From sequence record NC_047927.1: DNA of 38,823 bases, one strand, 5' to 3'. This DNA is from Escherichia phage YZ1. Numbering within the stretch: the stretch's first letter is position 1; each line of letters starts with the position of its first letter. The notes below the pieces were generated by a model. The model was given only the letters and a program-made list of their open reading frames with translations, did no database searches and was not told the DNA's origin. Below are positions 25,845 through 35,937 of this stretch, piece by piece. The position numbers were made by a program, and so were the translations under genes.

Positions 25845-28127
25845 ATGGCTAGTAATATTGAATCAGCTCTGGCTAATCGGACTATGGGTCGTGGCAGAGC
25901 GCCGGGTAAAACTATCGCCGTCAACTATCAAGCAGCAAACGTTCAGGCTCCAACTGGGGACTCCGGGCTGGCTCGTGCATTAACTAACTTCGTTGAGTCT
26001 GGGACAGGATTGTATAAGCAGTTCAAGGACGATGAGAAGACCAGAGCTGACGAGCGGTCTAACGAGATTATCCGTAAGTTGACACCTCAGCAAAGACGTG
26101 AGGCTATCCAGAACGGCACACTGCTGTATCATGACGACCCTTACGCTATGGAAGCACTTCGAGTCAAGACTGGTCGTAATGCTGCCTTTGCTGTAGACGA
26201 CGAGATTAACGTTAAGATTCAGAACGGTGAGTTCCGTACACGTCAGGACATGGAAGAGTATCGCCACCAGCGACTTCAGGACGCCGCTAAGTCCTATGCT
26301 GAAGAGGCAGGTATTAACCCTACAGACGAGTTCTTCCAGCGTGGGTTCAACGATAACATCACAGACCGCAACATCGCTATCTATGGGTCTTTCAATAAGT
26401 ATTTCAGCAAGCAGTCTGAAGAGACAGCAATGTTGAACACTCGTATTGAGATGAACTCATTCCTGAACGATGGTGACCTGATGCGTTCACCTGAGTCTGG
26501 CAAGACATTCATGGCCTACCTTCGTGATGGACTGACTACTGCTGCTATCCCCTCGGACCAGCGAGCGCGGGAGGTCATTACCCAGACGGTCCGTGACGCA
26601 ATCCAGAAGTCAGGCGGCTCAAACTTCCTACAGCAAGTACGAGGCGAGCGAATCACCCTTAACGGCGTGGATGCTACAGTCGAAGAGATTGTAGGACCTG
26701 ATGTCTTCAATGCTGCTATGGTTGAGGCCCAAGGTACTGAGTATAAACTGGTGGCTAAGTATCAGGAAGACTTGTCGTTAGGCGTTCAGTCTGCGATTCT
26801 TCAGGATGACCCAACCATCGGTCTGGCCCAGATTCAGAAACTCAAGGAGCAGAACAACCTGCTTCAGCCGGGTGAAGAACTAACGCCTCAGCGTCAGATG
26901 CTTATTAATGCCGAAGCCAGCTTACTGGAAGCGGTCAAGCGTAAGTCCGCTGAACAGGCTAAGGAGAACACTAAGTTAATCCAGACCCAGAATAAGCAAC
27001 TGGTCATTGACCAAGTTTATCAGCGACGTCTGGCTGGAGACAACGTGTCCACCAACTATGAGGACCTTCCGGTCTCTGAAGCCACAGGAGAGTTCAAGCG
27101 TTCAGACATGAACAACTATGCGTCTGCCAAGCTACAGCAGATTGACCAGATGGACATCCCTGAGGCTGCTAAAGACGCGCAGAAGGTGGCATTGTTAAGG
27201 GCTGACACTAACAATGGTCCGTTCCGTAATGCCTTCCAGACTCTGACTCAGGACGCTGCTGGTGAGTGGCAAGCTGCGGTCATCCGTGGGCAGTACGACC
27301 CAGACAAGATGCAACGCTTCGAGTCTCTTCGTCGTGCCTACACTCAGGACCCTTCAAGTTTCGCTGCTCTGTATCCTGACCAAGCTCAGTTGTTCTCTAC
27401 GTTCGACCAGATGGACAAGATGGGTCTGGACCCTCAGACGATGATTGAAGCTGATAAGCAAGCTGCAAGTCAAAGCCGTGAGATGCGCATGGAGTCAGAC
27501 AAGGCGTGGCAGGAGTTGAAGAACGACTCTCGGAATAAGGACCTTTCGCGTCTTCCTACGTCTCTGGACTCAAGTGCTCGTAAGGTCTGGGACTCATGGT
27601 ACTATCGTACAGGTAACGCTGACGCTGCAACTCAGCAGACTCAACGCTGGCTGAATGAGAACACCGTAACGTTCCAGTCTGAAGGTTCTGACGGTAAGTC
27701 CATCGGCATGGTGTCCAAGCACCAGCTTATGGTCGGGGATAACCCAGAGTCGTGGCAGGTAGGTCGAGACATTATCGACACCGCTCGTAAGCAGCTCATT
27801 AAGGCTAACCCTTGGGTAGTTAACTCTCAGTTGTCCGTTGTTGAACAGAACGGCTCTATCTTCCTCCAAGACGCTACAGGGACTATTCGTATTCGCTACG
27901 ATAAAGAACTTGTAGGTAAACTCTACCGCGAACAACAGCAGAAGGCACAAGATGCCGCATACGCTCAGGCAGAACGTGACGCTAACAAGCGAGCGCGTAT
28001 CGTCGGGACTAAAGCTGCTGGTGACAAACGTCGAGCTGACCGAGAGGCCAACATCGAGAAGCGCGGAGGGATGTACAATGACGTCTCATTGGAGGGTATC
28101 GCAAACGTACTAATCGGTAAGGAGTAA
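25845..28127 (+). CDS. Internal virion protein C (T7 gene 15 homolog, 760 aa)
   Basis: ADERSNEIIRKLTPQQRREAIQNGTLLYHDDPYAMEALRVKTGRNAA is near-identical to T7 gp15; colinear similarity through the C-terminus. Confidence 0.95.
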   Translation: MASNIESALANRTMGRGRAPGKTIAVNYQAANVQAPTGDSGLARALTNFVESGTGLYKQFKDDEKTRADERSNEIIRKLTPQQRREAIQNGTLLYHDDPYAMEALRVKTGRNAAFAVDDEINVKIQNGEFRTRQDMEEYRHQRLQDAAKSYAEEAGINPTDEFFQRGFNDNITDRNIAIYGSFNKYFSKQSEETAMLNTRIEMNSFLNDGDLMRSPESGKTFMAYLRDGLTTAAIPSDQRAREVITQTVRDAIQKSGGSNFLQQVRGERITLNGVDATVEEIVGPDVFNAAMVEAQGTEYKLVAKYQEDLSLGVQSAILQDDPTIGLAQIQKLKEQNNLLQPGEELTPQRQMLINAEASLLEAVKRKSAEQAKENTKLIQTQNKQLVIDQVYQRRLAGDNVSTNYEDLPVSEATGEFKRSDMNNYASAKLQQIDQMDIPEAAKDAQKVALLRADTNNGPFRNAFQTLTQDAAGEWQAAVIRGQYDPDKMQRFESLRRAYTQDPSSFAALYPDQAQLFSTFDQMDKMGLDPQTMIEADKQAASQSREMRMESDKAWQELKNDSRNKDLSRLPTSLDSSARKVWDSWYYRTGNADAATQQTQRWLNENTVTFQSEGSDGKSIGMVSKHQLMVGDNPESWQVGRDIIDTARKQLIKANPWVVNSQLSVVEQNGSIFLQDATGTIRIRYDKELVGKLYREQQQKAQDAAYAQAERDANKRARIVGTKAAGDKRRADREANIEKRGGMYNDVSLEGIANVLIGKE

Positions 28128-28131
28128 CATA

Positions 28132-31100
28132 ATGGCGACTCGTGGTATTCGCAATAACAATCCTGGTAACATCCGGGTAAGTAAGGACCAATGGGAAGGA
28201 ATGACTGGAGATGATGGCTCATTCGTCACCTTCGATAGCCCAGAGTCTGGCGTCCGAGCTTTAGGTAAAAACCTGCTGTCCTACGGTCGCCAAGGCTATG
28301 ACTCCATCGAGAAGATTATCAACCGATGGGCACCTCCTAACGAGAACGACACTAAGGCTTATATCGACTCAGTGGTGGCTGCAACTGGTATTCCAGCTAC
28401 CCAGAGTCTCGACCTATCGGACCCTGACACCCTGTCTTCTCTGGCTCAAGCTATCAGCTTCCATGAGACAGGCTCCCGGTACGACCCTGAAGTCTATCAG
28501 AAGGGAGTCGCACGAGCACTCAATGGCATAACCCCAAAGACTCCACCAGTAAGCGCTAACGTATTTGACGCACTCACGGAAGGACTCAAGGCTAAACCTA
28601 AAGTAGCTCTGGGCGAGAACCTTCCGACCGCTGCTGGTCTAAACATTGAGGGTCAAGCACCTGAAGCTCCCAACGAATCGTTCGGTGAGATGTTCTATAA
28701 GTCTACTGGCGAGACCATGCAGGAACGAGAGGATCGCTCTACGTGGTTCGGTTTCGGCTCGGCTACAGAAGCTGAAGTGAAGAACTCTATGGTCGGCGTG
28801 GCTATCCGGGCTGGTCAGACCGAGGACTCACTTGATGTCATTGGCGATGTGTTCAACCCTACCCGCTGGAACAACCATAAGTGGTCTCGTGAGGAGCTGG
28901 ACCAGATTCGTAACGCTGGAGTTCTCCCTCAGTATTACGGTGTCATTACTGGTGGCTCCCCTCAGAACCTGACCGAGCTTATTAACTTGGCGCTTGAGAA
29001 CCAGAAGTTGGACCAAGAGAAGGCCAAGGCCGGGACTGGCGCTCAACTGGCGGCTGGTGTGATTGGCGCTGGCGTGGACCCTCTGACCTACGTTCCTATT
29101 GCTGGGCAGGTAGGTAAAGGTGGGAAGCTAGTCAACAAGATGTTCACTGTGGCTGCTCAGTCTGGTGCTCTGGCTGGGGCATCCGAGATTGCTCGAACCT
29201 CAGTTGCTGGTGGGGACGCTCATGTGGCTGAAGCTATCCTTGGTGGTGCGCTATTTGGTGGTGGCATGACTGCTATCGCTGATGGGCTAGGCAGGGCCTT
29301 AGGTCGCAACACTAACGAGTTCGCTGGTCCAGCAACACGCCTAGAAGCCCGTGAGACCGCTCGTAACGTTGATGGTCAGGACCTGTCTCGTCTCCCTATT
29401 CAGGAAGGTGAGCAGACCTTTAGTCATCAAGGAGTTAAGTTCGCTGACGTTCCGAATGAGCCGGGTAGTGTACGGCTTGAAGACGGCTCAATCCTGATTG
29501 GTGAGAACCCTCTGAACCCTAAGACACGTCAGGTCTTTGACGAAGTGATTGAGCCTGAACGTGCCGCTGCTGGTGTGAACCTTGGCGGACTTACCGAGAT
29601 TGGCCTGAAGCTGCTTCGGTCTGAGAACCCCGAGATTCGTGGAGTAGCTGCTGACTTAGTGCGTTCACCGACTGGCATGCAGTCTGGGGCCTCAGGTAAA
29701 ATCGGGACAACTGCGTCAGACGTGTTCGAGAGACTTCGTGCTGTGGACCATCGGTTCTACAACGATATCGACGATGCGGTTACTGAGGCACTAAAGGACC
29801 CGTACTTCCAGACAGCATTCTGGCGAGACTCTGGAGCATTCCGTCAGGACATCTACCAGCGCGTGTCTATGGCTATCGAAGATGGTAGCGGAAATCTGAA
29901 GGCTGAACTGACTCCGGGAGAACTGAAAGTCTATGACCTACTGAAGAACCAGTTTGACGCCAAGCGTGAGATGATGGAGAATCCAGCTATGTTTGGTCGG
30001 CCCGACGCTCAGTCTATCTTTCCGGGTAGCCGCTTCAAGGGAACCTACGTCCCTCATGTGTACAGCAAACAGATGAAGGAGCTGTACATCAAGGAGCTTG
30101 GGAGCCCAGAGTCGTTGCAGGAGGCCATCAAGAAGTCATGGTTGACCAGCTATGCGTCTCGACCTGAAGTCAAGAAACGCGTGGACGAGGCACTCTTAGA
30201 GGCTGACCCTACGTTGACTCCAGAGGGACTTGCTGCTGCGGTCGATAAGTACGCCAACGATAAGGCTTACGGTATCTCTCACACCGAGCAGTTCGAACGT
30301 TCATCCGTAATGGAAGAGAACATCAACGGTCTGGTTGGGCTGGAGAACAACAGCTTCCTTGAGGCTCGTAACCTGTTCGATAGCGATATGTCAATCGTCT
30401 TACCTAACGGTCAGACATTCAGTGTCAACAACCTGCGTGAGTGGGACATGGACAAGATTGTCCCGGCCTACAACCGTCGAGTTAATGGCGATATTGCTAT
30501 CATGGCTGGTACAGGCAAAACCACGAAGGACATGAAGGATTTGGTTGAGACCATGATGAACAAGGCTGGGGATGACGGTAAGTTGAAAGGTGAAGTATCT
30601 ACCTTACGTGACACCTTGAAGATTCTAACTGGTCGTGCTCGACGTGATGGTGCTGATGATGCAGCCCTCTCTACCGTGATGCGCACAATGACAGACCTAT
30701 CGTTCTTCGCTAAGAATGCCTACATGGGTGTTCAGAACCTGACGGAGATTGGTGGTATGCTGGCTAGGGGCAACGTTCGTGCAATGCTGCATGGAGTCCC
30801 TATTTTCCGTGACCTAGCCTTCCGTAACAAGAAGGTAGGGGCCTCAGAGATTAAGGACCTGCACAATGTTATCTTCGGTAAGGAACTTGATGACTCAATC
30901 CGTCCGTCTAAACAGGATGTCATTGACCGTCTGCGATCTTACAGTGACCTCGGTCGTGGTACAGCTACAGCTCTGGGGACTGCCAAGTATTACACTGGCG
31001 AACTTGCAGTACGCTCTCCGTTCACTAAAGTCCTCAACGGTACGACCAACTACCTGTTAGATGCTGGACGTCAAGGCTTCCTATCTGACATCGTGGAGCA

Positions 31101-32019
31101 TAGCCTGACTGGTAGTAAGCGTAAGTTCGATGACCGCTGGCTTAAGACCGCTGGTATCTCTGATGAGCAGTGGAAGGGCATTAAGTCCCTCATCCGAGAG
31201 TCAGTGACTCGTGGTCCAGACGGGAAGTACACCATCAAGGATAAGAAGGCGTTCAGTCAGGACCCAAGGGCTATGGACCTGTGGCGTATGGGTGACATCA
31301 TCGCTGATGAAACGTTACTACGACCTCATAAGCTGTCTAACATGGATGCCAAGGCTTATGGCCCTCTAGCTAAGACTGTCCTTCAGTTTAAGAACTTCGT
31401 CATCAAGTCCATCAATGGGCGAACCATGCGTACCTTCTATAACGCCACGAAGAACAACCGAGCGATGGATGCTGCTCTATCTACCGTGATGTCTATGGGT
31501 CTGGCTGGAATGTACTACATGGCGCAGGCGCACATCAAGGCTTACGCTATGCAGGATGGTCGCGACCGAGAGTATCTGAAGCAAGCCCTTAACCCGACAA
31601 TGATTGGCTATGCGGCTCTGTCCCGTAGCTCCCACTTGGGTGGACCACTTGGGGTCGCCAACATTCTGGGCGGCATCGCTGGGTATGAGGACACTAAGCT
31701 GCTCCGTTCGTCTATCCTGCCACGTTCACCAACAGAGAAACCTGAACGCGCCATCTCGTATGGTGCAGCTACAAGTGACCCTGTGATGAATGTAGTCGGC
31801 AACTTCCTTGAGCAGGTTCCGGCTTTCGGATATGCCGCTAACGTGGGGGCTTCGGCTTACAACTTGGCTGGATACCTGAAGGCTGACACCCGTGTGAATG
31901 AGCGAGACTACATGACCGGGATGTATAACACTTTCCGCGAACTGGTTCCGAACGACCCCATTACCCAGAAGCTGATTCTGGGAACATTTGAGGAACAAGG
32001 CATCCACATCAAGGACTAA
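28132..32019 (+). CDS. Internal virion protein D (T7 gene 16 homolog, 1295 aa) with a divergent N-terminal domain
   Basis: Strong colinear similarity to T7 gp16 from about residue 200 (TWFGF, VTGGSP.NL, GAGVDPL.YVP, RLEARETARN, VRSPTGMQSGASGK, GTYVPHVY, AYGISH, NGLVG.ENNSFLEARNLFDSD, ILTGRARR, RPHK, C-terminal NDP.TQ). The N-terminal 130 aa carry an NNPGNIR motif rather than the T7 transglycosylase signature. Confidence 0.95.
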   Translation: MATRGIRNNNPGNIRVSKDQWEGMTGDDGSFVTFDSPESGVRALGKNLLSYGRQGYDSIEKIINRWAPPNENDTKAYIDSVVAATGIPATQSLDLSDPDTLSSLAQAISFHETGSRYDPEVYQKGVARALNGITPKTPPVSANVFDALTEGLKAKPKVALGENLPTAAGLNIEGQAPEAPNESFGEMFYKSTGETMQEREDRSTWFGFGSATEAEVKNSMVGVAIRAGQTEDSLDVIGDVFNPTRWNNHKWSREELDQIRNAGVLPQYYGVITGGSPQNLTELINLALENQKLDQEKAKAGTGAQLAAGVIGAGVDPLTYVPIAGQVGKGGKLVNKMFTVAAQSGALAGASEIARTSVAGGDAHVAEAILGGALFGGGMTAIADGLGRALGRNTNEFAGPATRLEARETARNVDGQDLSRLPIQEGEQTFSHQGVKFADVPNEPGSVRLEDGSILIGENPLNPKTRQVFDEVIEPERAAAGVNLGGLTEIGLKLLRSENPEIRGVAADLVRSPTGMQSGASGKIGTTASDVFERLRAVDHRFYNDIDDAVTEALKDPYFQTAFWRDSGAFRQDIYQRVSMAIEDGSGNLKAELTPGELKVYDLLKNQFDAKREMMENPAMFGRPDAQSIFPGSRFKGTYVPHVYSKQMKELYIKELGSPESLQEAIKKSWLTSYASRPEVKKRVDEALLEADPTLTPEGLAAAVDKYANDKAYGISHTEQFERSSVMEENINGLVGLENNSFLEARNLFDSDMSIVLPNGQTFSVNNLREWDMDKIVPAYNRRVNGDIAIMAGTGKTTKDMKDLVETMMNKAGDDGKLKGEVSTLRDTLKILTGRARRDGADDAALSTVMRTMTDLSFFAKNAYMGVQNLTEIGGMLARGNVRAMLHGVPIFRDLAFRNKKVGASEIKDLHNVIFGKELDDSIRPSKQDVIDRLRSYSDLGRGTATALGTAKYYTGELAVRSPFTKVLNGTTNYLLDAGRQGFLSDIVEHSLTGSKRKFDDRWLKTAGISDEQWKGIKSLIRESVTRGPDGKYTIKDKKAFSQDPRAMDLWRMGDIIADETLLRPHKLSNMDAKAYGPLAKTVLQFKNFVIKSINGRTMRTFYNATKNNRAMDAALSTVMSMGLAGMYYMAQAHIKAYAMQDGRDREYLKQALNPTMIGYAALSRSSHLGGPLGVANILGGIAGYEDTKLLRSSILPRSPTEKPERAISYGAATSDPVMNVVGNFLEQVPAFGYAANVGASAYNLAGYLKADTRVNERDYMTGMYNTFRELVPNDPITQKLILGTFEEQGIHIKD

Positions 32020-32037
32020 ACTATCACTATAGGAACC
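32015..32037 (+). promoter_or_regulatory. Phage RNAP promoter (T7 phi17 position)
   Basis: GACTAAACTATCACTATAGGAACC, predicted +1 G at 32032. Confidence 0.75.
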
Positions 32038-32084
32038 GGGAGGCGCTACCACAGGTCTCCCATTAATTCACAACAGGAGGTATA

Positions 32085-35003
32085 ATGGCTAGAACAACTA
32101 TCACTCAGTTCCCCGCTGGAAGCTCTCAGTACCGAATTGAGTTCGACTATCTGGCACGACCTTTCGTCGTTGTTACGTTGGTTAACAGTTCAAACATGAC
32201 TCAGAACAAGGTCTTAGACGTAGGTAGTGACTATCGGTTCATGAGCGCAACGGTCATTGAGATTCTTATCGACCAGACGGGATTTGATATCGTGCGCATC
32301 CAGCGTCAGACTGACACAGACTTGGTGGTATCCTTCCGCGATGGTTCGGTTCTGACCGCTAACGACCTGACTAACGCTGAACTTCAAGCCATTCATATAG
32401 CTGAAGAGGGCCGAGAACAGACACTCATAACGGCGGCTGAGTTTGTATTGGCTGCACAGCGTTATTCTGAGGCTTCAGCAAGTTCAGCAGCAGAAGCAAG
32501 GGCCGCAAGGGACAGGGTGGAGCTATTAATGTCTTCTGGCCTATACGGATATGTACTGGTAACATCTTTCCAGACAGGAGCAACACTTACTCTTCCTAAC
32601 CAAGCACTTAAGGACGAGTCGACTGGCGAATACTTCAGGTGGGACGGTTCTCTTCCTAAGTCTGTTCCAGCAGGCTCCACCCCTAGCTCTTCCGGTGGTG
32701 TCGGACCTGGGGCGTGGGTTAGCGTAGGTGATGCATCGTTACGCGGCAACCTTAAGAGCGAGGACAGCGACAAGGGTGATTCCCTGTATACCGTGAAGCA
32801 GCCGTACGTAGGCTCTATCGGTCTTACCGGAAAGGCTAACAACGCACTGTTCATTAACGTGAAGCAGTTTGGTGCTGTAGGCTCTGGCAGCTATCACCCT
32901 CTGTCTGAACGGTATGGAACCCTTGCTGAGGCTCAGGCTCATTACCCATTTGTCACAAGTCTTGCTGAGTCTATAGACTATGCTGCGTGGCAGGCGGCTC
33001 TCAACACTGGTAAGGTTGTGTATGGGACCGATAACGCCTACGTGATTACCCAGACCCTGCTGCCAGTATCTGGTGGTGGGATTATTGGACTCGGCGTCAA
33101 CAAGTGGGTGTCTGGTTTCACAGCGACCTTTAACCCTGACCTTGAGACCGGTACTACATTCCTCATGTATGGCTCTGGTCCGAAGAACTACACGCTTGAC
33201 TGCGTGTCAAACATGGACGTGTCAGGAGGGGTAGTTGCAAACCCATCGGCCTCGGACCCTTATACAGCCACCTCTCCAGCCCCATCGTATGACCTTCTGG
33301 ACTTCACCAACGGCGATGCCAGTGGTACTACACGAGCTACCTTGAAGCCCTTCTCAGTGGCAATCCTAATGCCTGAGACTGGTTGTGTGCGCTTGGAGAA
33401 CTTCCGCATCGTACCATACTTCAACGGACTTGATGGGTACAAGAGCCTAACTAATACTGGTCTTGGAGATAACTGGGACGTAGGCATCTGGTCAAGGGCA
33501 TCGTTTGGCAACGAGTATCGAAACCTACAGGTTGTAGGCTACTGGCGTATGACCGCGCTGCTGAAGACAAACGTTCCACTGTCTGGCACTATCGCGGCTC
33601 AAGGCGAGGATGAGAACTACTACCACTGCCGCTTCCAAGGATATAAAGGCGTTTCAATACGTGCGCACGACGTGTTCAGGATAACGGCTGTTACTGACAC
33701 TACGATAGAAATACCGTGGTCAGCCAGTCATACATTCAACGCAACTGGCACTCTGCGAGCTAGAGGTCATAACTTCGTGTACACGTCTCTGTCAGTATCT
33801 GGCGACAAGCTCATCTTTAACGGTGTGTCTAACGCTTCGTTGGCGACCGTTGGTTCGACCATACGTCGCAACGATATTGACAACTTCGGCATAGCGGGTA
33901 CTCAGTTCTTTGACTGCTACATTACCAGCCTTTACCATCACACCAGACTAATGTCCACCTCCCAATATCTCGACCAGCCTTTCAGTAGGCCGTCTGAGTG
34001 CATGGAGGTTTCTGGTGAGCCTGTTAGGGGTGTACAGGTTCATGGCAGTACAATACAGGGGTGGGACGACGTTCTTCTTCACCTGCATGATTGTGGGAAC
34101 ATGAACTTTTATAGCACCTACTTTGAGAGTCAGCCCCCTTACGAGACAATTGGTGGCGGTAATGCCTCATTTGGCTATGGTGCTCGCATGCTTGCTTCAA
34201 GACAATCAACAAGTTCCCTACCTTATGCTGCCGGGAATACTCGCGTATTGCGGATGATTGGCTGCACCGAGGGGAACGGGGTTGATTGGGGTCCAGAATA
34301 TACAACTTACACAGGCGGTCGATACACAACTACTGGCGGTGTATTCAATCCCAGAGAGAGCTATATAGACCATAAAGCGTTCCCTGAGCAGGCCGATAGT
34401 GAAGTGCGTCTGGTATCGGAGAAAGGGAACGTTAGGGTGTCACCTTATACCGGAGGTTTTGTGTATGTTGGTCCTGCTTCAGGGGATGCCAACTTACAGT
34501 CAGCCTCAGGGTCTTTGAACCTGCTGTCTGGTCTTAGGGTACGATTTGGTACACCTTCGGCATACTGGGCCTTGATTGATTCCGCTAAGTTTGCCCCTAC
34601 AACAGACAACGTGTTGGCTATTGGTCAGCCGTCTAAAAGGGTGTCAGTAGTCTATGCTGGTACAGGTACAATCAATACTTCAGATGAAAGACTTAAGGTT
34701 CGCGATGGGATAACTAGCGAGGAGCGGGCCGCTGCTTTAGAGATTAAGGCTAACATCTGGAAGTACCGCTTCTCGGACTCGCTAGAGCGGAAGAAGGATG
34801 GTGCCAGACTCCACTTCGGTGTTGGGGCGCAGACTGTAGGTGAAATATTGCGCAAGCATGGACTGGACCCTGATTGCTACGCCTTCTGGTGCTACGATGA
34901 GTGGCCCGACAGTACCGATGAGGATGGGGCGTTTACTCCGGCTGGGAACCGTTATGGCATCAGGTATGACGAGCTGCTGTGCTTCTTGATGGCAGCGATT
35001 TAA
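32085..35003 (+). CDS. Tail fiber / tailspike protein (972 aa): T7 gp17-like N-terminal adaptor, large central domain, C-terminal chaperone-like domain
   Basis: N-terminal 150 aa align with the T7 gp17 particle-binding domain (FDYLARPFVVVTL, DYRF, FRDGSVLTANDL, IAEE.R); the central region begins with a pectate-lyase-like FGAVG motif; the C-terminus carries SDERLK ... HFGVGAQTVGEIL, typical of the intramolecular chaperone (peptidase S74-type) domain. Confidence 0.92.
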   Translation: MARTTITQFPAGSSQYRIEFDYLARPFVVVTLVNSSNMTQNKVLDVGSDYRFMSATVIEILIDQTGFDIVRIQRQTDTDLVVSFRDGSVLTANDLTNAELQAIHIAEEGREQTLITAAEFVLAAQRYSEASASSAAEARAARDRVELLMSSGLYGYVLVTSFQTGATLTLPNQALKDESTGEYFRWDGSLPKSVPAGSTPSSSGGVGPGAWVSVGDASLRGNLKSEDSDKGDSLYTVKQPYVGSIGLTGKANNALFINVKQFGAVGSGSYHPLSERYGTLAEAQAHYPFVTSLAESIDYAAWQAALNTGKVVYGTDNAYVITQTLLPVSGGGIIGLGVNKWVSGFTATFNPDLETGTTFLMYGSGPKNYTLDCVSNMDVSGGVVANPSASDPYTATSPAPSYDLLDFTNGDASGTTRATLKPFSVAILMPETGCVRLENFRIVPYFNGLDGYKSLTNTGLGDNWDVGIWSRASFGNEYRNLQVVGYWRMTALLKTNVPLSGTIAAQGEDENYYHCRFQGYKGVSIRAHDVFRITAVTDTTIEIPWSASHTFNATGTLRARGHNFVYTSLSVSGDKLIFNGVSNASLATVGSTIRRNDIDNFGIAGTQFFDCYITSLYHHTRLMSTSQYLDQPFSRPSECMEVSGEPVRGVQVHGSTIQGWDDVLLHLHDCGNMNFYSTYFESQPPYETIGGGNASFGYGARMLASRQSTSSLPYAAGNTRVLRMIGCTEGNGVDWGPEYTTYTGGRYTTTGGVFNPRESYIDHKAFPEQADSEVRLVSEKGNVRVSPYTGGFVYVGPASGDANLQSASGSLNLLSGLRVRFGTPSAYWALIDSAKFAPTTDNVLAIGQPSKRVSVVYAGTGTINTSDERLKVRDGITSEERAAALEIKANIWKYRFSDSLERKKDGARLHFGVGAQTVGEILRKHGLDPDCYAFWCYDEWPDSTDEDGAFTPAGNRYGIRYDELLCFLMAAI

Positions 35004-35018
35004 TTAACAGGAGGCTTT

Positions 35019-35213
35019 ATGATTGAGTTAGACTTTAAGAACGAAGTCCTTAAGGCCTCCCCTATCGTTGGAACCGCTGCGGCTGATGGTGCCAGTCGGT
35101 TCTTCTTTGGACTCACACTGAACGAATGGTTCTACGTTGCAGCTATTGCGTACACCGTTGTCCAGATTGGTGTTCTGGTATACAAAACGATTAAAGGGGG
35201 AGGAAAGTCATGA
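35019..35213 (+). CDS. Class II holin (T7 gene 17.5 homolog, 64 aa)
   Basis: KASPIVGTAAADGASRFFFGLTLNEWFYVAAIAYTVVQIG is near-identical to T7 gp17.5. Confidence 0.9.
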   Translation: MIELDFKNEVLKASPIVGTAAADGASRFFFGLTLNEWFYVAAIAYTVVQIGVLVYKTIKGGGKS

Positions 35214-35473
35214 CACAAATGGACTTAGAGAAGTTCTTACTGATGCTGGATACGGAGCGTGCTCGCCTCATGTTGCAAGACTTGAGGGATGACACTAAGC
35301 GCTCGCCACAGCTCTACAACGCCATTGAGAAGCTACTTGCTCGTCACAACTTTGTGTTAAGCAAGGTGTCTGTGGACGAGAAGACACTGGCTGATATGGA
35401 GGCCCTGAACGCAGAGTACGATAAGGTGCTTTCAGCGACTGAGGATAATGACACCGGGTATGGTGTTCAATAA
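35210..35473 (+). CDS. Small terminase subunit / DNA maturase A (T7 gene 18 homolog, 87 aa)
   Basis: LLMLDT, RSPQLYNAIEKLLARH conserved with T7 gp18; lies before the large terminase as in T7. Confidence 0.85.
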   Translation: MTQMDLEKFLLMLDTERARLMLQDLRDDTKRSPQLYNAIEKLLARHNFVLSKVSVDEKTLADMEALNAEYDKVLSATEDNDTGYGVQ

Positions 35474-35504
35474 GTGTTAGACTCAAGGTCATCGTCAGGT
35501 GGCC
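35468..35504 (+). promoter_or_regulatory. Conserved hairpin copy 3 (putative RNase III site, T7 R18.5 position)
   Basis: TAGACTCAAGGTCAT-loop-GTGGCCTTTATGATTA directly after gene 18. Confidence 0.6.
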
Positions 35505-35535
35505 TTTATGATTAACACTAACTAGTGGAGGTTAT

Positions 35536-35937
35536 ATGGAAGGCGCATATATAAGTGGAGGATACTGGAAGGTTACTCGCAATGGTAAGGTGCATGGAGT
35601 TCACAGATTACTATGGGAGGAAGCCAACGGTCCTATCCCAGAGGGTTACGTCATAGACCACATTGACAGGAACCCTATGAATAACGAGCTGTCAAACCTT
35701 AGGTGTATACCCAAAGGAGCAAACAAGGCTAACACAGAATCATCTAGGGAACTACCTAAGGGTGTATACTCTAGGCTTGCTAAACGTCAAGGTGTGACTG
35801 TATATTATGGTGACATTAGGATTGGTGGTAAGAAAGAAACTCACGCTCCTACTAAGAATCTGATGGAAGTCGTGGAATGGGCTAAGTCAACTCACAGCAG
35901 AATGCTGAAGGAGACATATGGTATTTCAAATGTTTAA
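35536..35937 (+). CDS. HNH endonuclease (133 aa), likely a free-standing homing endonuclease
   Basis: HNH signature in HRLLWEEANGPIPEGYVIDHIDRNPMNNELSNLRCIP; codon usage rich in AGG/AGA and lower GC than the flanking core genes; no counterpart at this position in T7. Confidence 0.85.
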   Translation: MEGAYISGGYWKVTRNGKVHGVHRLLWEEANGPIPEGYVIDHIDRNPMNNELSNLRCIPKGANKANTESSRELPKGVYSRLAKRQGVTVYYGDIRIGGKKETHAPTKNLMEVVEWAKSTHSRMLKETYGISNV

